From assembly GCA_010093605.1 (NCBI GenBank), contig MU004192.1, positions 814,882 to 878,881 of the forward strand: a stretch of 64,000 nucleotides of DNA. The letters run 5' to 3'. This DNA comes from Lophium mytilinum (lineage: Eukaryota). Position 1 is the first letter of the stretch. Each line of letters starts with the position of its first letter. This document shows positions 24,129 to 37,189 of this stretch, one piece after another. A model generated the notes under the pieces. It was not told the origin of the DNA, searched no databases, and saw only the letters and a program-made list of their open reading frames with translations. Position numbers and translations under genes: made by a program.

Positions 24129-27100
24129 ATGGCTCCCTCACGCAGTCGCAACGCGCAAGTGGACTCCACAGATGTCTCAACCGCCGACGTGTCTATGAAC
24201 GAGGACACCGAGATGACCGACAACCATGTTTCATCCAACGGCGCCGCGAAATTTGGGGTAAGTGCTCCCCTCGTGAAGTCGCGACGGTGGAGGTCCGTCT
24301 GCCTTCTAACCGCGTCTATACAAGATATCGCACGCATTGTTTCTATACTCATACTGACTCTCAATTTAACAGTACTACCAGGACACGCCAGACTACACGG
24401 TACGCGTCTTTCCGCGTCCATCCCCTCCAACGCGACACGACACTGACAGTTGATGACAGGACTCGGACACCAACCCGAACACCACAGCTAGCAGCGTAGC
24501 AGGAGACGCGCAAGGCCCGGATGGACGCAAGCGCCGGTCAGAGGCGTTCCAGATGCGCAAGAACATCTTTGGCAAGAAGCACGACCGCCTCGGCGAATCA
24601 AAGGTTAGGCTACCCATTTGAACATTTTCGCAAACTTCTCTTATGGTTATACTGACGCGTGTCGTGAATTTGTAGGACGATGATTCCATTAGACGCTTCC
24701 GATACCTGCTCGGTCTCACAGACCTCTTCCGACATTTCATCGATTCAAACCCGAACCCTCGGATCAAGGAGATCATGGCGGAAATCGATCGCCAGAACGC
24801 CGAGGATGAGGCCAAGGCGAAGAGCAATAAGATCCGGAAGGGCGGCGCTGCGGCAGAGCGACGTCGGCGCACCGAACAGGAAGAAGACGCGGAGCTCATT
24901 CGCGAAGAGAAGCGTGGCGGTCATGACGAGACAGTGTTCAGGGAGTCACCAGGATTTGTTCAGGGCGGAACCATGCGCGACTATCAGGTCCAAGGTCTCA
25001 ACTGGCTCATCTCATTACACGAGAACGGTATCTCTGGTATCCTAGCAGATGAGATGGGTCTTGGAAAGACTCTACAGACGATCTCCTTCTTGGGTTACCT
25101 ACGGTTTGTTAAAGGCATACACGGTCCCCATCTCGTGGTTGTTCCCAAATCCACTCTGGACAACTGGAAGCGCGAATTCCACCGCTGGACTCCGGATGTC
25201 AATGTGCTAGTCCTCCAAGGTGCCAAGGAAGAGCGTCAAGCGCTCATCAACGAGCGACTGATCGACGAGAAGTTCGACGTCTGCATTACTAGCTACGAGA
25301 TGATTCTACGTGAGAAGTCTCACCTCAAGAAGTTCGCCTGGGAGTACATTATCATTGATGAGGCCCATCGCATCAAGAACGAAGAGTCCTCTCTAGCGCA
25401 AATCATCCGCGTTTTCAATTCCCGAAACCGTCTTCTCATCACTGGAACTCCGCTTCAAAACAACCTGCACGAGCTTTGGGCCCTCCTCAACTTCCTACTT
25501 CCGGATGTTTTCGGTGAATCGGAAGCGTTTGATCAATGGTTCTCAGGACAGGATGAGGATTCCGATACCGTTGTGCAACAACTTCACAAAGTGCTCCGGC
25601 CCTTCTTGCTCCGCCGCGTCAAAAGCGATGTTGAAAAGTCCCTATTGCCGAAGAAGGAAGTCAACCTCTACATCGGCATGTCGGAAATGCAAGTTAAATG
25701 GTACAAGAAAATCTTGGAAAAGGATATCGATGCCGTAAACGGAGCCGGGGGAAAGAAAGAGTCAAAGACGCGTCTACTCAACATCGTCATGCAACTCCGC
25801 AAGTGCTGCAATCATCCCTATCTCTTCGAAGGCGCTGAACCTGGTCCACCCTACACGACCGACGAGCATCTCGTCCAGAACGCAGCCAAGATGGTCATGC
25901 TCGACAAACTTCTCACGCGCATGAAGCGCCAAGGTAGCCGAGTTCTCATCTTCTCCCAGATGAGTCGCGTGCTCGACATTCTTGAGGATTACTCGGTGAT
26001 GCGCCAGTACCAATACAGCCGTATCGATGGATCCACCGCCCACGAAGACCGTATTGCGGCCATCGATGACTACAACCGAGAAGGTTCCGAGAAGTTCCTA
26101 TTCCTTCTTACCACCCGCGCTGGTGGTTTGGGTATCAACCTGACTAGCGCCGACATCGTCGTTCTTTTTGACAGTGATTGGAATCCTCAAGCAGATCTAC
26201 AGGCCATGGATCGTGCGCATCGTATCGGTCAGACGAAGCAAGTGGTTGTCTTCCGTTTCGTCACCGAAAATGCGATTGAAGAGAAGGTCCTGGAACGCGC
26301 AGCTCAGAAATTACGTCTTGATCAGCTTGTTATCCAACAAGGCCGTGCCCAGCAACCCGTCAAAAATGCCGCTTCCAAGGACGACCTTTTGAACATGATA
26401 CAGCATGGTGCCGAGAAGGTTTTCCAATCACAGGGAGGTGTTGGTGCTGTCGGCGGTTCGGCAGAGCTCACCGATGACGATATTGATGACATTCTCAAGC
26501 GTGGCGAGGAGCGTACGGCAGAACTCAACGCCAAATACGAGAAGCTCGGCCTGGATGATTTGCAGAAATTCACATCGGATTCTGCCTACGAATGGAATGG
26601 CGAGAACTTCCAGCCGCGGAAGAAAGATATCGGTATCAGCTGGATAAACCCTGCCAAGCGCGAGCGCAAAGAGATTGGCTATTCCATGGACAAGTACTAT
26701 CGCCAGGCCTTGATGACAGGTGGTCGAACTGCGGATACGAAACCTAGAATCCCACGAGCACCAAAGCAGATTCAGATCCACGACTATCAGTTCTTCCCCG
26801 ATGAGCTTCACAACCTCCAAGAAAAGGAGACAGCCTTCTACCGCAAGGAGAACAACCTCAAGGCTCCCCTGGCAGAAGGCACTGATGAGGATCTTGAAGC
26901 TCGTGTCGCCGAACAAGAACTTGAGCAGCGAGAAATCGATGATGCTGAGCCATTGACCGAACAGGAAAAAGAGGAGAAAACCAGGCTCATTGCTCAAGGT
27001 TTCCCGGAATGGAACAAGCGCGACTTCCAACAGTTTCTCAATGGTTCTGCCAAGTATGGCCGTCACAACTACGAAGGCATCAATGAGGAGGTTGATGGTA

Positions 27101-27816
27101 AGAACACGGAAGAAATCAAGGCGTACGCCAAGGTATTCTGGAAGAAGTACCAGCAAATCGATAGCTATCAGAAGTATGTTGGCATTGTAGAGGCAGGTGA
27201 AGCAGCGACTCGGAGACTGGAAGACAACCGCAAGCTACTCAAGAGGAAATTGGGCATGTACAGGGTCCCGCTCCAGCAGCTCAGGATCCAGTATACCGTC
27301 TCGACGACCAACAAGAAGGTCTACACCGAGGAAGAGGATCGCTTCTTGCTCATACAGATGGACAAATATGGCATTGAGAGCGAGGGCATCTTTGAAAAGA
27401 TCCGAGACGATATCCGCGAGTCGCCATTGTTCCGCTTTGACTGGTTCTTCCTCAGTCGTACGCCCCAGGAAATCAGCCGACGATGCACAACTCTTCTCAC
27501 TGCTGTCATAAAGGAATTCGAGCCTGAAGCGAAGACCAACGGTAGAGGTCCTGGGAAAGGCAAGCGTGCCGTCGAAGAGGATGAATCGGAGGAAGAAGAG
27601 GATGCTCCAGTCAAGAAGAAGGCTAAGAATGGTGTCAAGGTAAGCATCTCTCTTGATTACAACCTTATTATTACTCCAAAGCTAATATACTATCAGAACA
27701 AGCAACTCGATACCATCAAGGGTAGTAAGGCTACTTCCGTCGCCACCTCCCGGGCTGCTAGTGTAGTCTCCAATGGATCAGCTAAAGGCAAGGGCAAGGG
27801 ACGGGGAAAGAAATAG
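24129..27816 (+). CDS. ISW2: ISWI chromatin-remodelling ATPase; introns 24258-24372, 24400-24459, 24604-24675, 27640-27696
   Basis: SNF2 motifs [30 protein letters not shown] and [24 protein letters not shown] region ([14 protein letters not shown]). Splice sites are canonical. Confidence 0.96.
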
Positions 27817-28639
27817 GCTGAGTCTAATGTCAATCTGATGTGCGGGTGCAGTCCAGCGGTTCGGTGCTGTGGGCCGATCGGGCTTTTACTACAGTACTTC
27901 CTTTCTTTTGCTACTTCTTAGGTGCACCTTGGTCTGGGATGGCGTTCGGCACGAGTAGACGAGCCTGTCTGGGGTAGGGGCTCTGTTTGATATGGGCGTA
28001 CAACTCATGAAGCATGGTATGGTGTCTTTCTCAAGGTGTTGCAGGCCTTTGCTTTTCTTTTTGTATGTCCTACTATTAGGACAAGGAGACAGCTTAGTCT
28101 ACTATTGTGGGGTTTGATCAGCTGAGAATATCAAAGTTGAAATCATGCTTGTTCGAATGTATAGTACCAATATGACCCCGTTCACTGGACATGTACAAAG
28201 ATTGACCATGGTGTATGCGTATGCAACTAAATACTACCGTCTGATGTGATTGCTGCCCTTGAAGAGTCTGGAGAGCTCGCAATGCAATATTGAGCTCATT
28301 CTACTGGTCCTGCTCCTTGGCTTGGCGATCTCGCTCTGAGCGATGACGATGTGGGGCGTCGAGCACCTGCTCAAGATTCTGGAGTTCCCATTTCCTTCCC
28401 CTCCCGACTCCTTCAAATCGCGACTCTCGGCGCAGCTTTGAATCGCCTTAGGATACTTAATCTACCCCAAGTAAAGGATCAGCATCCACTGAAGCCATCG
28501 ACCCCAGGCCTTCGCCCGCACTCTATCGCATTCCCGAACCTTCTGTGAGCCTCCGCGTTCTCGAAACCGTGTCCACGACTCCGACTCTCCGCACACCTCT
28601 ACAGCAAAACACACTACCTATACAGGACCTTACTACAAA

Positions 28640-29814
28640 ATGTCAAACGGCGCGGTCGTCCTCGGCGACGATGACCTCCTCGAACCCACTCTCCAATCCA
28701 TCCTCGACCAAAAGACGCTCCGCTGGATATTCGTCGGAGGCAAAGGCGGCGTGGGTAAGACCACAACCTCATGCTCGCTCGCTATCCAAATGGCCAAGCA
28801 CCGCAAGTCGGTGCTGCTGATATCGACGGACCCGGCACACAATCTCAGCGACGCGTTCAGCCAGAAGTTTGGCAAGGATGCGCGGTTGGTGAATGGCTTT
28901 GACAACCTTAGCGCTATGGAGATTGATCCCAATGGGAGCATACAGGATTTGCTGGCCGCCGGGGGCGATGGGGCTGAGGAGGCTATGGGTGGTATGGGAG
29001 GCATGGGGAACATGATGCAAGATTTGGCGTTCAGTGTATGGCTTTCTCTCTATCTATTCCAAAACATGCACATGGCACATATATTCGAGAGTATCATGCT
29101 AACGGTCATTAGATACCCGGTGTCGACGAAGCCATGTCCTTCGCCGAAGTCCTCAAGCAAGTCAAGTCCCTCTCCTACGAAGTCATAATCTTCGACACAG
29201 CACCGACCGGCCACACGCTCCGCTTCCTGCAGTTCCCAACCGTTATGGAGAAAGCCCTCGCCAAGATCTCCCAGCTTTCTTCGCAGTTCGGCCCTATGCT
29301 TAACGGCATCCTCGGCGCTCGTGGCGGGCTTCCCGGTGGCGGGAATCTAGACGACGTGCTGGAGAAGATGGAGTCGCTGCGCGAGACGATCGCGGAGGTG
29401 AACGGGCAGTTCAAGGACGCGGACATGACGACGTTTGTGTGCGTGTGCATACCTGAGTTCTTGAGCCTGTACGAGACGGAGCGGATGATTCAGGAGCTCT
29501 CGAGCTACGAAATCGATACGCATGCGATTGTAGTGAATCAGCTGCTATTCCCGAAGAAAGATAATCCGTGCGAGCAGTGTAATGCGAGGCGGAAGATGCA
29601 GAAGAAGTATCTGGATCAAATTGAGGAGTTGTATGATGAGTTCAATGTGGTCAAGATGCCGCTGCTGGTGGAGGAGGTTAGAGGAAAGGAGAGGTTGGAG
29701 AAGTGAGTTCGATCTGTTTCTTTCTTTCTGTTACTATTTGTGGCGAGGTGTGCTAATGATATACCGTATAGGTTCAGCGAGATGCTGGTCGAGCCGTTCG
29801 TGCCGCCGGAATAG
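28640..29814 (+). CDS. GET3: ATPase GET3/ASNA1 (tail-anchored protein targeting); introns 29036-29112 and 29703-29771
   Basis: [47 protein letters not shown] and the CEQC zinc motif. Confidence 0.97.
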
Positions 29815-30177
29815 TGTGTTTCCCGCGGTAGTCCACATCTGGTGCATACTTGGAGGGCCTATGCAGGATTCGGGCGAGTATATAACATGATACCACGTTG
29901 GCACGGTAATTCAATGATTTACGAGAAATAACGCTCTCCGAGACTTCGTGCAAATATGGCACACTCCTTTTCTCAAACAACTTTTAGAACACCGTAGCGT
30001 CGTACTGTGCAAACTCTTGAGAATATGATCAAGATGCTAACTGACATACAAAGTCAAAGATTGTGAACAGTAGCAGCCTTCGTGTAAAATTGCTCAGGTT
30101 AGACGACCTACATAAGAACCGAAATCCAACTGGAAAAAAGATTTCCTTTGCATAACTACTACTCTCAAGGGTCTTCT

Positions 30178-31137
30178 TTACTGCTTCTCTTCCTCTTCGA
30201 GCATCACATTTCTATATAAGCTCACCGCCCGCACCTCCTCCACCCACCCCCTCCACGCCTTATCCGCCGTTGCTTCGTTCATCTTCCGACACCCCTTCAT
30301 CCCTTCCTCGTCTAAAAAGTCTAACCCCCCAGATCCCAACCCATGCGCCGCCCGCAGCGTCGCGGCATTACTAAGTATCGCGGCATTCTTGTGCGCGTAG
30401 ATCGCGCGGAACACGGCATCTTGGATGCTTTGCCCGCAGGTGGTGAAACCGTGGTGCCGCATCAGCACGACGAGGTTGTCTGGCAATGCGGAGTCGGCTG
30501 GCGACGTCGGGGAGGCAAAATGCGAGGCGAGTGCCGCGCCGAGGGGAACAGAGTTGACGAGCATGTCGCGTTGGGAGGTTGAGGTGTAGAGGGGGGTTAT
30601 GTCGAAGGTTGGGACGGAGGAACCTAAAGAGGTGGTCAGAAGCTTTCTTCAAGCTTTTTCGGGAGAAGATGGAGTGGAAACGAGTCCCGCAGGTAGCGAG
30701 CACGATAATCTCTCAAGAAGGGACTGTAGGTGAAGAATTGAAAGCTTCAGCATACCTAAGAACCCAGCCATATGAAACGCCGGCTTCAACGGCACTCCGG
30801 CCACCATGAATGGTATCACCGCTTCGGAATGGCTGTGGATCACGCAATTTACCCCTGGAAAGCGCTTGAAGACCTCGCCGTGGATGAAGCGCTCTGAGTA
30901 CCCTTTCTTGGCATTGGGGTCGACGGGGGCGCCGTCGGCGATGTGGTATTCGATTAGGTCTTCGGGGGTTGATACGACGGCTGGCGCCAGGTAGCCGGCC
31001 ATGATGTAGACGGAGGGTTGGTCTGGGTGGCGGATGCTGATATGACCGTAGCCGTCGACGATTGAGGCGTGGTGGAGGATGTGGTTTGCGGTTATGAGGT
31101 CCCGCAGGAGGGAGGGGAGGGGGGAAGAGGGGGCCAT
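30178..31137 (-). CDS. Class II aldolase/adducin-fold protein (putative decarboxylase); intron 30624-30755
   Basis: DLITANHIL...DGYGHISIRHP, YSERFIHGE, CVIHSHS, HMAGFL|GSSVPTFD and VLMRHHGFT (metal-binding His residues). Confidence 0.9.
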
Positions 31138-31816
31138 GGTGGTCTTGGAATGGGTTAGGATATAGTTCCGATTATAGAGAGAGTATAGATCAGAGGAGTT
31201 GATATGGAGATTGAAAAACTATGGATTACCATTGACAGACATGACATAAAATACTTCGATTGAAATCATATTGCTCACCTACAGGTATTCTAGTTGGTAT
31301 GTCTGCAAGAAAGAGACAGATATCGAAAAGGAAGTCTATGAAAAAAGGAAGGGTTCTTCTTGAGGATGTTCTGATATCCCAGAAATATGACGATAGTTAC
31401 AAACTCTTTTCCTCTTGTACAACACAGTCCACAGAGACACAATGACGTCTCAACTCCACCGGTGCATATGCATTAGTCACGTGTATCCCCTAATACACCC
31501 TTTCCGCACGACTTCAGAACGACCCCACAGTTATCCATGCAGATCCAAATCGGAGCGTCAACACCCGCCCACGGCTCCCCGCAACCATCCAGGGGCTTCC
31601 TAGAAGATCACCCGGCTGGGCGGCGCCTCCCGGAGCGCGACAAAGGGCGAGCAGCGAGCAAACGCAACGAGAGACTTTCATCTTGGGCATCAACTTTCAG
31701 GCGTGCACGTGACGCTGGTTTCGACGTCAACGCTTGGTATCCTAAAGCATCAGCGTTAACAACCACGGTATTGAGAAGAAGGAAGAATTGAACTATATCC
31801 TGCAAAAGATACTATC

Positions 31817-32826
31817 ATGGCAGACCATCTCCTCCCCCTTGCTCGCCGAGCCGCAGAGAACAAAACTGCCATCGCCGTGGGTGGTGCCGCAGCTCTGCTT
31901 CTCTTGGTCACAGGCGACTATTGGCAGTGGAAGTCTCTTGGTAAATATGGGCTTCCTTAAACTCAGACTCCAAACACTAATTTACTTCAGGAACGGGAGG
32001 AACACCTCCCACAATCCAAGGCTATGGCCGTATGCGCAAAATGGGCATATGGCGCCTCTTCTATGGTGATGACCTGAAAGACGCCTCTCCTTTGAGTAAA
32101 GAAGGGCCTACCTATCTTGACGGCCCAGTACCCAAGCGGGAGGGTGGGAGAGCGAAGGGGTCACGATGGTATATATATCAATATCCTAGCACTGAAGTTA
32201 CTGCTAAACAAAAACCCCAGGACGATGCCACAGCGCCAAATCGCTGAACCAATCACGCCTAAGGCGCTTGAGGTACACTCATGCCTTTCTTCATTTCCTG
32301 CCTCTTCAACTTTCATTCCAATCTCTCTATCCTCTTTCTACATTCTCTCTACCTCGCACTCATCCTCATACCATCACAGCGTCTCACGACTCTAATGCAC
32401 CGCCTCTCTGCCCTACACCCCGAGATCCTCTCTTACGGCGTCTCGAAAACTGAAGGTGGCACCGGCCATGCTATCTACGCTAACCCGGATCTTCCTACCG
32501 TCAACCCGGATGCCCATAAGATTCGGTACGAGATGGCGCATGTGCACCCGAGCGAGAACTCGCTGCATGTGTATGTGAGCCCCAAGGATGCGAGAGAAGT
32601 GGTGGAAGCGGAGTGGGGTGAACGGTTTCCTGTGAGCTGGATTGCGCCGGCGAGTTGGGTGAGATGATTCCCTAGTTTGTTCCTGTGTTTATCGAGGTGG
32701 ACAGGGGGGCACAAGCTAATGAGTCTGCAGATAATGGTGTATGCGCCGAGGAATGAAGAGGAGGTTGATGTCGTGGAGAGGATCGTTAGAGCGGCGGTGG
32801 GGTGGAATACAGGGGTTAAGATTTGA
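31817..32826 (+). CDS. Fungal luciferase (Luz)-like / DUF5519 protein, 242 aa; exons 31817-31940, 31991-32168, 32221-32272, 32380-32658, 32731-32826
   Basis: Four GT-AG introns give one open frame: N-terminal TM, DYWQWKSLGTGGTPPTIQGY, PKREGGR, PQRQ, SKTE, EMAHVHPSENSLH, DAREVVEAEWGERFP, WIMVYAPRNEEEVDVVERIVRAAVG. The motif order matches the Luz family as I recall it. Confidence 0.85.
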
Positions 32827-33068
32827 GATGAGGGTTGAGGGGTTTGTGATAGGAGTCTTATCGAGTTAATGCAGGTGTTTGATTTTGTGTAATTCCGGCT
32901 TGATGGCGTAGCTTAGTTGGGGAATATCAATCTCGATTTTAATTCATATAGTCTGTTAGGAATAGTCATTAAGAAGAGGGCCTGTTCAAGATCTAAGGCC
33001 AAGAAGCAAGTAAAAGTCGAGAACCAATCAACTCCACGAACGAAATATTAAACATCATCCATCGTAGC

Positions 33069-34548
33069 TCACGCCTGAGCAGCCTTCGCACTTTCCGGCA
33101 GCTCAAAGGCCGCCACCGGCTTCGTCCCCATCGAAATGACCGGACTATTCTTGAACGCGGCCCAGTCATGCGTAAAGAAAGTTTGCGACTTCGAAATCTG
33201 AACCTCCTTCGCCCCTCGCTCTTGCACATTACTGTCGTATTCGTCCACAGCCTCCTTGAGCGTCTTCTCTCCAGACTTGACCTTCTTCATTGCGAGCACG
33301 AAACCGTACGCATCCCCGAAGGCGTTGTTAGCCCCCTGTCCACGATCTAGGTGTACTTAGCTTTGATAGGTGACTGGGGTCAAAGTTAGAACTTACGAAA
33401 CGTCATAGCATGCGCTGCATCGCCCGCCAACGTCGCCCTACCCCCGTGGTTGTCCCACGGTACTGTCTTCCAAATCTTGAGCTGATCCCTGAGCACCTCC
33501 GTGTCATCCGGCGCCCACTCCACCGCCGAGCGGTACGGCTCCGCCCAGTTATCTCTCCGGAAATGCTCCTTTAGTCTCTTCAGTCGGTCAGTCTCATTAT
33601 CATAATCTTCAACGCACTTCGGCGCCCACGTCGAGAGGATCTGGAAACTCCAAGTCTCAGGCCTATCTCGGTCATCCATGTCTAGCACGTTGAGACGGAT
33701 GTAGTGCCCAGACGGGTTAATGGCGATATCGACGAGCGGATGTAGCCGCTCTTTGATGAAGAGGGCTTGCTCGGCTGTGTATTTGGCATTGAAATTCATG
33801 AGCACGAAAGGGAGGACTTCAGCTTGCGCTGCGCGGCCCAGGAGGCACCGTCTAACCTGAGAACTGGCACCGTCAACACCAATGAGGATGCTACCGGCTT
33901 CAGAGGTGCCATCGTCGAAGTGGGCGGTTACGCCGTGGTCGTGATACTCAACATCTGATAGTTTCTTGTTGTACTGGAGAAGTCACGTGTGAATATATAT
34001 TCATCGAGCGGGAGATTCAATTCGGAGCTCACCTGGATATCAAGATTCTCGGCGCACATAGTTCGGATCTTTCGCATGTTGATCTCCTTGCCGCCTGGGA
34101 CCGGAAACTTGAATTCATCTTTCTTGGTCACGCCGTTGTATATAACGATTTCGTCCTTTCCGATGCTCTGGCAGTCAATAGCTGGATCAACTTGACACTC
34201 AGTCAAGCGGTTCGCGAGCTCTTCGGGCAAAAGGTCGCATAGGAAAGGTCGACTCCAGCCGACGGTGAAGGCCCAGTGGCGGGTTGCTTCCACAGACTTG
34301 GCCCTGTCGAAGATGCTGAATGATATGTCGTTCTTAGAGGGAATCAGCACTGTCATATAGACCTTGTTTTTATCTGGGCCTGGATTCGAAGCTTTACCTT
34401 TTTCAAGCCGTGAGCAATCGCGCATCCAGCCGGTCCTATGTCTTGTAAGCATGAACTCCTCACGATGGAAATCACAAAAAGTACCTGCGCCGATAATGAG
34501 AACCTTCAACTGTGCCTCAGTACTCGTATGTCCGTTCATATTGCCCAT
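33069..34548 (-). CDS. FAD-dependent monooxygenase (aromatic hydroxylase family), four introns
   Basis: Spliced KVLIIGA|GPAGCAIAHGLKK (GxGxxG), ILIGVDGASSQVR (DG motif) and TLAGDAAHAMTFH|RGQGANNA (GD motif). Confidence 0.9.
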
Positions 34549-36046
34549 GTTCTAGTATTACAAATGCTGGTATATGGTCTAGGTCCCAAATGAATGGATG
34601 CAAAAGATGAATGTCGGCTTCGATTCTGGAAGACAGAGACCCGGTTTTGAGACAGCCCAAGTGCAACGTCGAGCATACTAACCCGTCACGTGAAATTGAA
34701 TTCGCGTATTAAATTAATGGAGTTCCGATGCGCTTCGGTCTACGACCCGCATGATCGTCCCGACTCTCGGGAACTTGCGCACTCCGAACGACCATGGCTT
34801 GGCTAGATTGTGAATAAGATGAAGAGAGGCATTCCCAAGGCTCTTGGCTGTCAATTAGTCTATTGGTCAAGACTTTTTCCTCTGCGCAAGCCGCGAATAG
34901 TGCGAGAGAGATAGATTGAGACTTGTGAAACAGAAATGTACACAGTAGGGAGTTTCGGCGTACTTCCGTACAATGCAAGCCGACGGGGCGATACATGTCG
35001 GTGCGACCTCCACTGCGTTATGGCCGCATCCCTTACCCTTGCTTGCCCCTCACTATGTACGCACTCTGTCATCGCTAACTCATGTCTTACCAAGAGTCAA
35101 CGCCTTGGCGATAAGGACATCTAGTCGTTTAGGATATTGAATCAGCGGAGAGTTCACGACGCGTTGCAGATCGTCAAGATGGGCCTGCTTTGCCGATCAT
35201 TTACTGCTAAGCCCTTTCCGAGCTAGCCAATATCAACACTCGTCCTTACCTCAACGCGACGCCGACCTCCTATATAATCCGGCCTCGGACTTGACGTTTG
35301 GGAGGCCGAACGACTCTTGGAAGTTCATTATAGTAATGTGGCGATGCAATAAGTTTTGATGCCACATTGTCTTCAATCAGTCTTAAAGACGCCCGATTGA
35401 CTGACATCAGCCTGTCGGGAGCTCGACATCCAAGGCCAGATGTGTAGAATGAAAAGGCATCGCAAATGCATGCAAAATTTAGGTAGAGTCAGGGCTCTGG
35501 GTTGGTAAGCATACGCCCCGTGGAGGACAATCCTGGATCAACACAGCGTAACAGAAAGAAAATCGAAGTGACGGTAAACGAAAAGCTTGGTCCAGATAGT
35601 AGAGAACGTGATGAACCTAAGGCGAATTGCAATTAAGATCTGTCACACCTCCAGTCAAAATATACGACCAGAAACAACCTGCCCGTTATCTCTGCCCCTC
35701 AACAACCAACTCTCTCAAAAGCCACCCTCTTTTCTCTTTCCCAAGCTTGGAAATTCCTCAAACCGCGTCCTTCTACCAGTCCAGACTTCTCAACACCAAT
35801 CCAACCACCCTTGCCCAAATGATGACAGAGAACCAAAGACCGAGTCTCAAGCCCAAGCTTCGCAACTCAGATCCCACCGCTCATCCGTCGCAAACAGCAC
35901 ATCAGATCCCGTGCACCACTCCCCAGCATCCCATCCATCTCTCATCCGCCCCCTCCGCCCCATCGCGCCTCATCAACCCCTCTAAACCGGCTCCTAGCAG
36001 CATTCGCTAACGCCCATCATCCCCCGTCTCCTCCCTGCACCCTCCT

Positions 36047-36394
36047 CTAATCATCCCCATACCTATACTCCCTCACCCACGCCTCCCTCGGCGTCTCCAC
36101 ATGCCAACAAAACCTACACGCATCAAAAAACCCCTTCTCGCAATCCCGCTTCGGGCAATTCTTCCCATCCGGCTCAAACACCAGCCGCTTCTTCAAGTAA
36201 AACGTAACTCTCTGCATCTCGTCGACGGTCAGGAAGAGGGGCTTGGTCAGGTCGTTGGCCTGGAAGCCGCCGTCGAGCTCGGAGACGTGGTCGGGGTCTG
36301 GGGAGTGGAAGCCTCCTCCTGGGGTCGGCGCGGCGAGGGAGCCGGGGAAGAGGAGGAGGAGGGCGGCGAGGAAGGCGGTGGTGGGTGGTTTCAT
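36047..36394 (-). CDS. Small secreted protein, 115 aa (effector/peptide-precursor candidate)
   Basis: Signal peptide MKPPTTAFLAALLLLFPGSLA-AP, an acidic pro-region, a KKR dibasic site and a C-terminal segment with 4 Cys. Confidence 0.65.
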   Translation of the reverse strand: MKPPTTAFLAALLLLFPGSLAAPTPGGGFHSPDPDHVSELDGGFQANDLTKPLFLTVDEMQRVTFYLKKRLVFEPDGKNCPKRDCEKGFFDACRFCWHVETPREAWVREYRYGDD

Positions 36395-37189
36395 CTTGGG
36401 CGGGTTGGGTTTTGGGTGTGAGAGAGGGGAGAGATGTAAGGACGGTGTGTGGTGGGTGGTGGCGTGGCTGGGTCGGAGAGGGAGTTTTGATGCGATGTGG
36501 GATGTGGGTAATTCATGTAGGCGCGCGGGGTTTGAAGCCTGGTGGCGTGTTTCTAGATGTGCTGGTGCGTATTTGGTGGACCATGGTAAGGCTTTGGAGG
36601 GGTGTGGGTTTGATTTGTGTAAGTATGGAAAGTGTGGAATGCGGTGAAGTGTACTTGGCTATCTTCTTTGGGTGTCGTTTCCTAGAATAGCGCAGTCGAA
36701 GTCGAGAAAAGAAAGATTTGTCTTAAATATGACATGCACGCCTTGTGATTGGATGTTCTGGAAGCAACCCACCCAAGGTACGCTAATGTTCGGGATTGTC
36801 CTGTATTTGATTTAGTACCAGGCCTCATTACGCACTATACAGGTCGCGAACACGTACGTTGCCTCGACTACCGTTTTTAGAACACTATTAGTACGAGAAT
36901 AAGGGGACTTTGGGTATATGTTTCCTAGGTTCAATCTACCAAATGCTCTGCCTCGCCAAAACACATGCAACCAAAAGACTCGCTGCAGTGGTATCCGCTT
37001 TCTTTAACGCGCAGGCATAGAAAACAATGCAGACAGAATGCATGCAAAAGAGAAGCCCTTCGCTGACCCGCCAGCTGGAAAGAAAGCAGATGTCTTGACT
37101 ACCCACCGTCAATGCGCATGTTGAAGCATATACAAACCGTATCATGAGAGTAGGAAATCATGGAAGTCATCGCACCGTTATGTCGCCCT

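Noticed and set aside
30178..34548. Complete fungal bioluminescence cluster
   Set aside because: No hispidin synthase PKS or caffeoylpyruvate hydrolase lies in the window, and orthology of the monooxygenase to H3H cannot be shown by eye.
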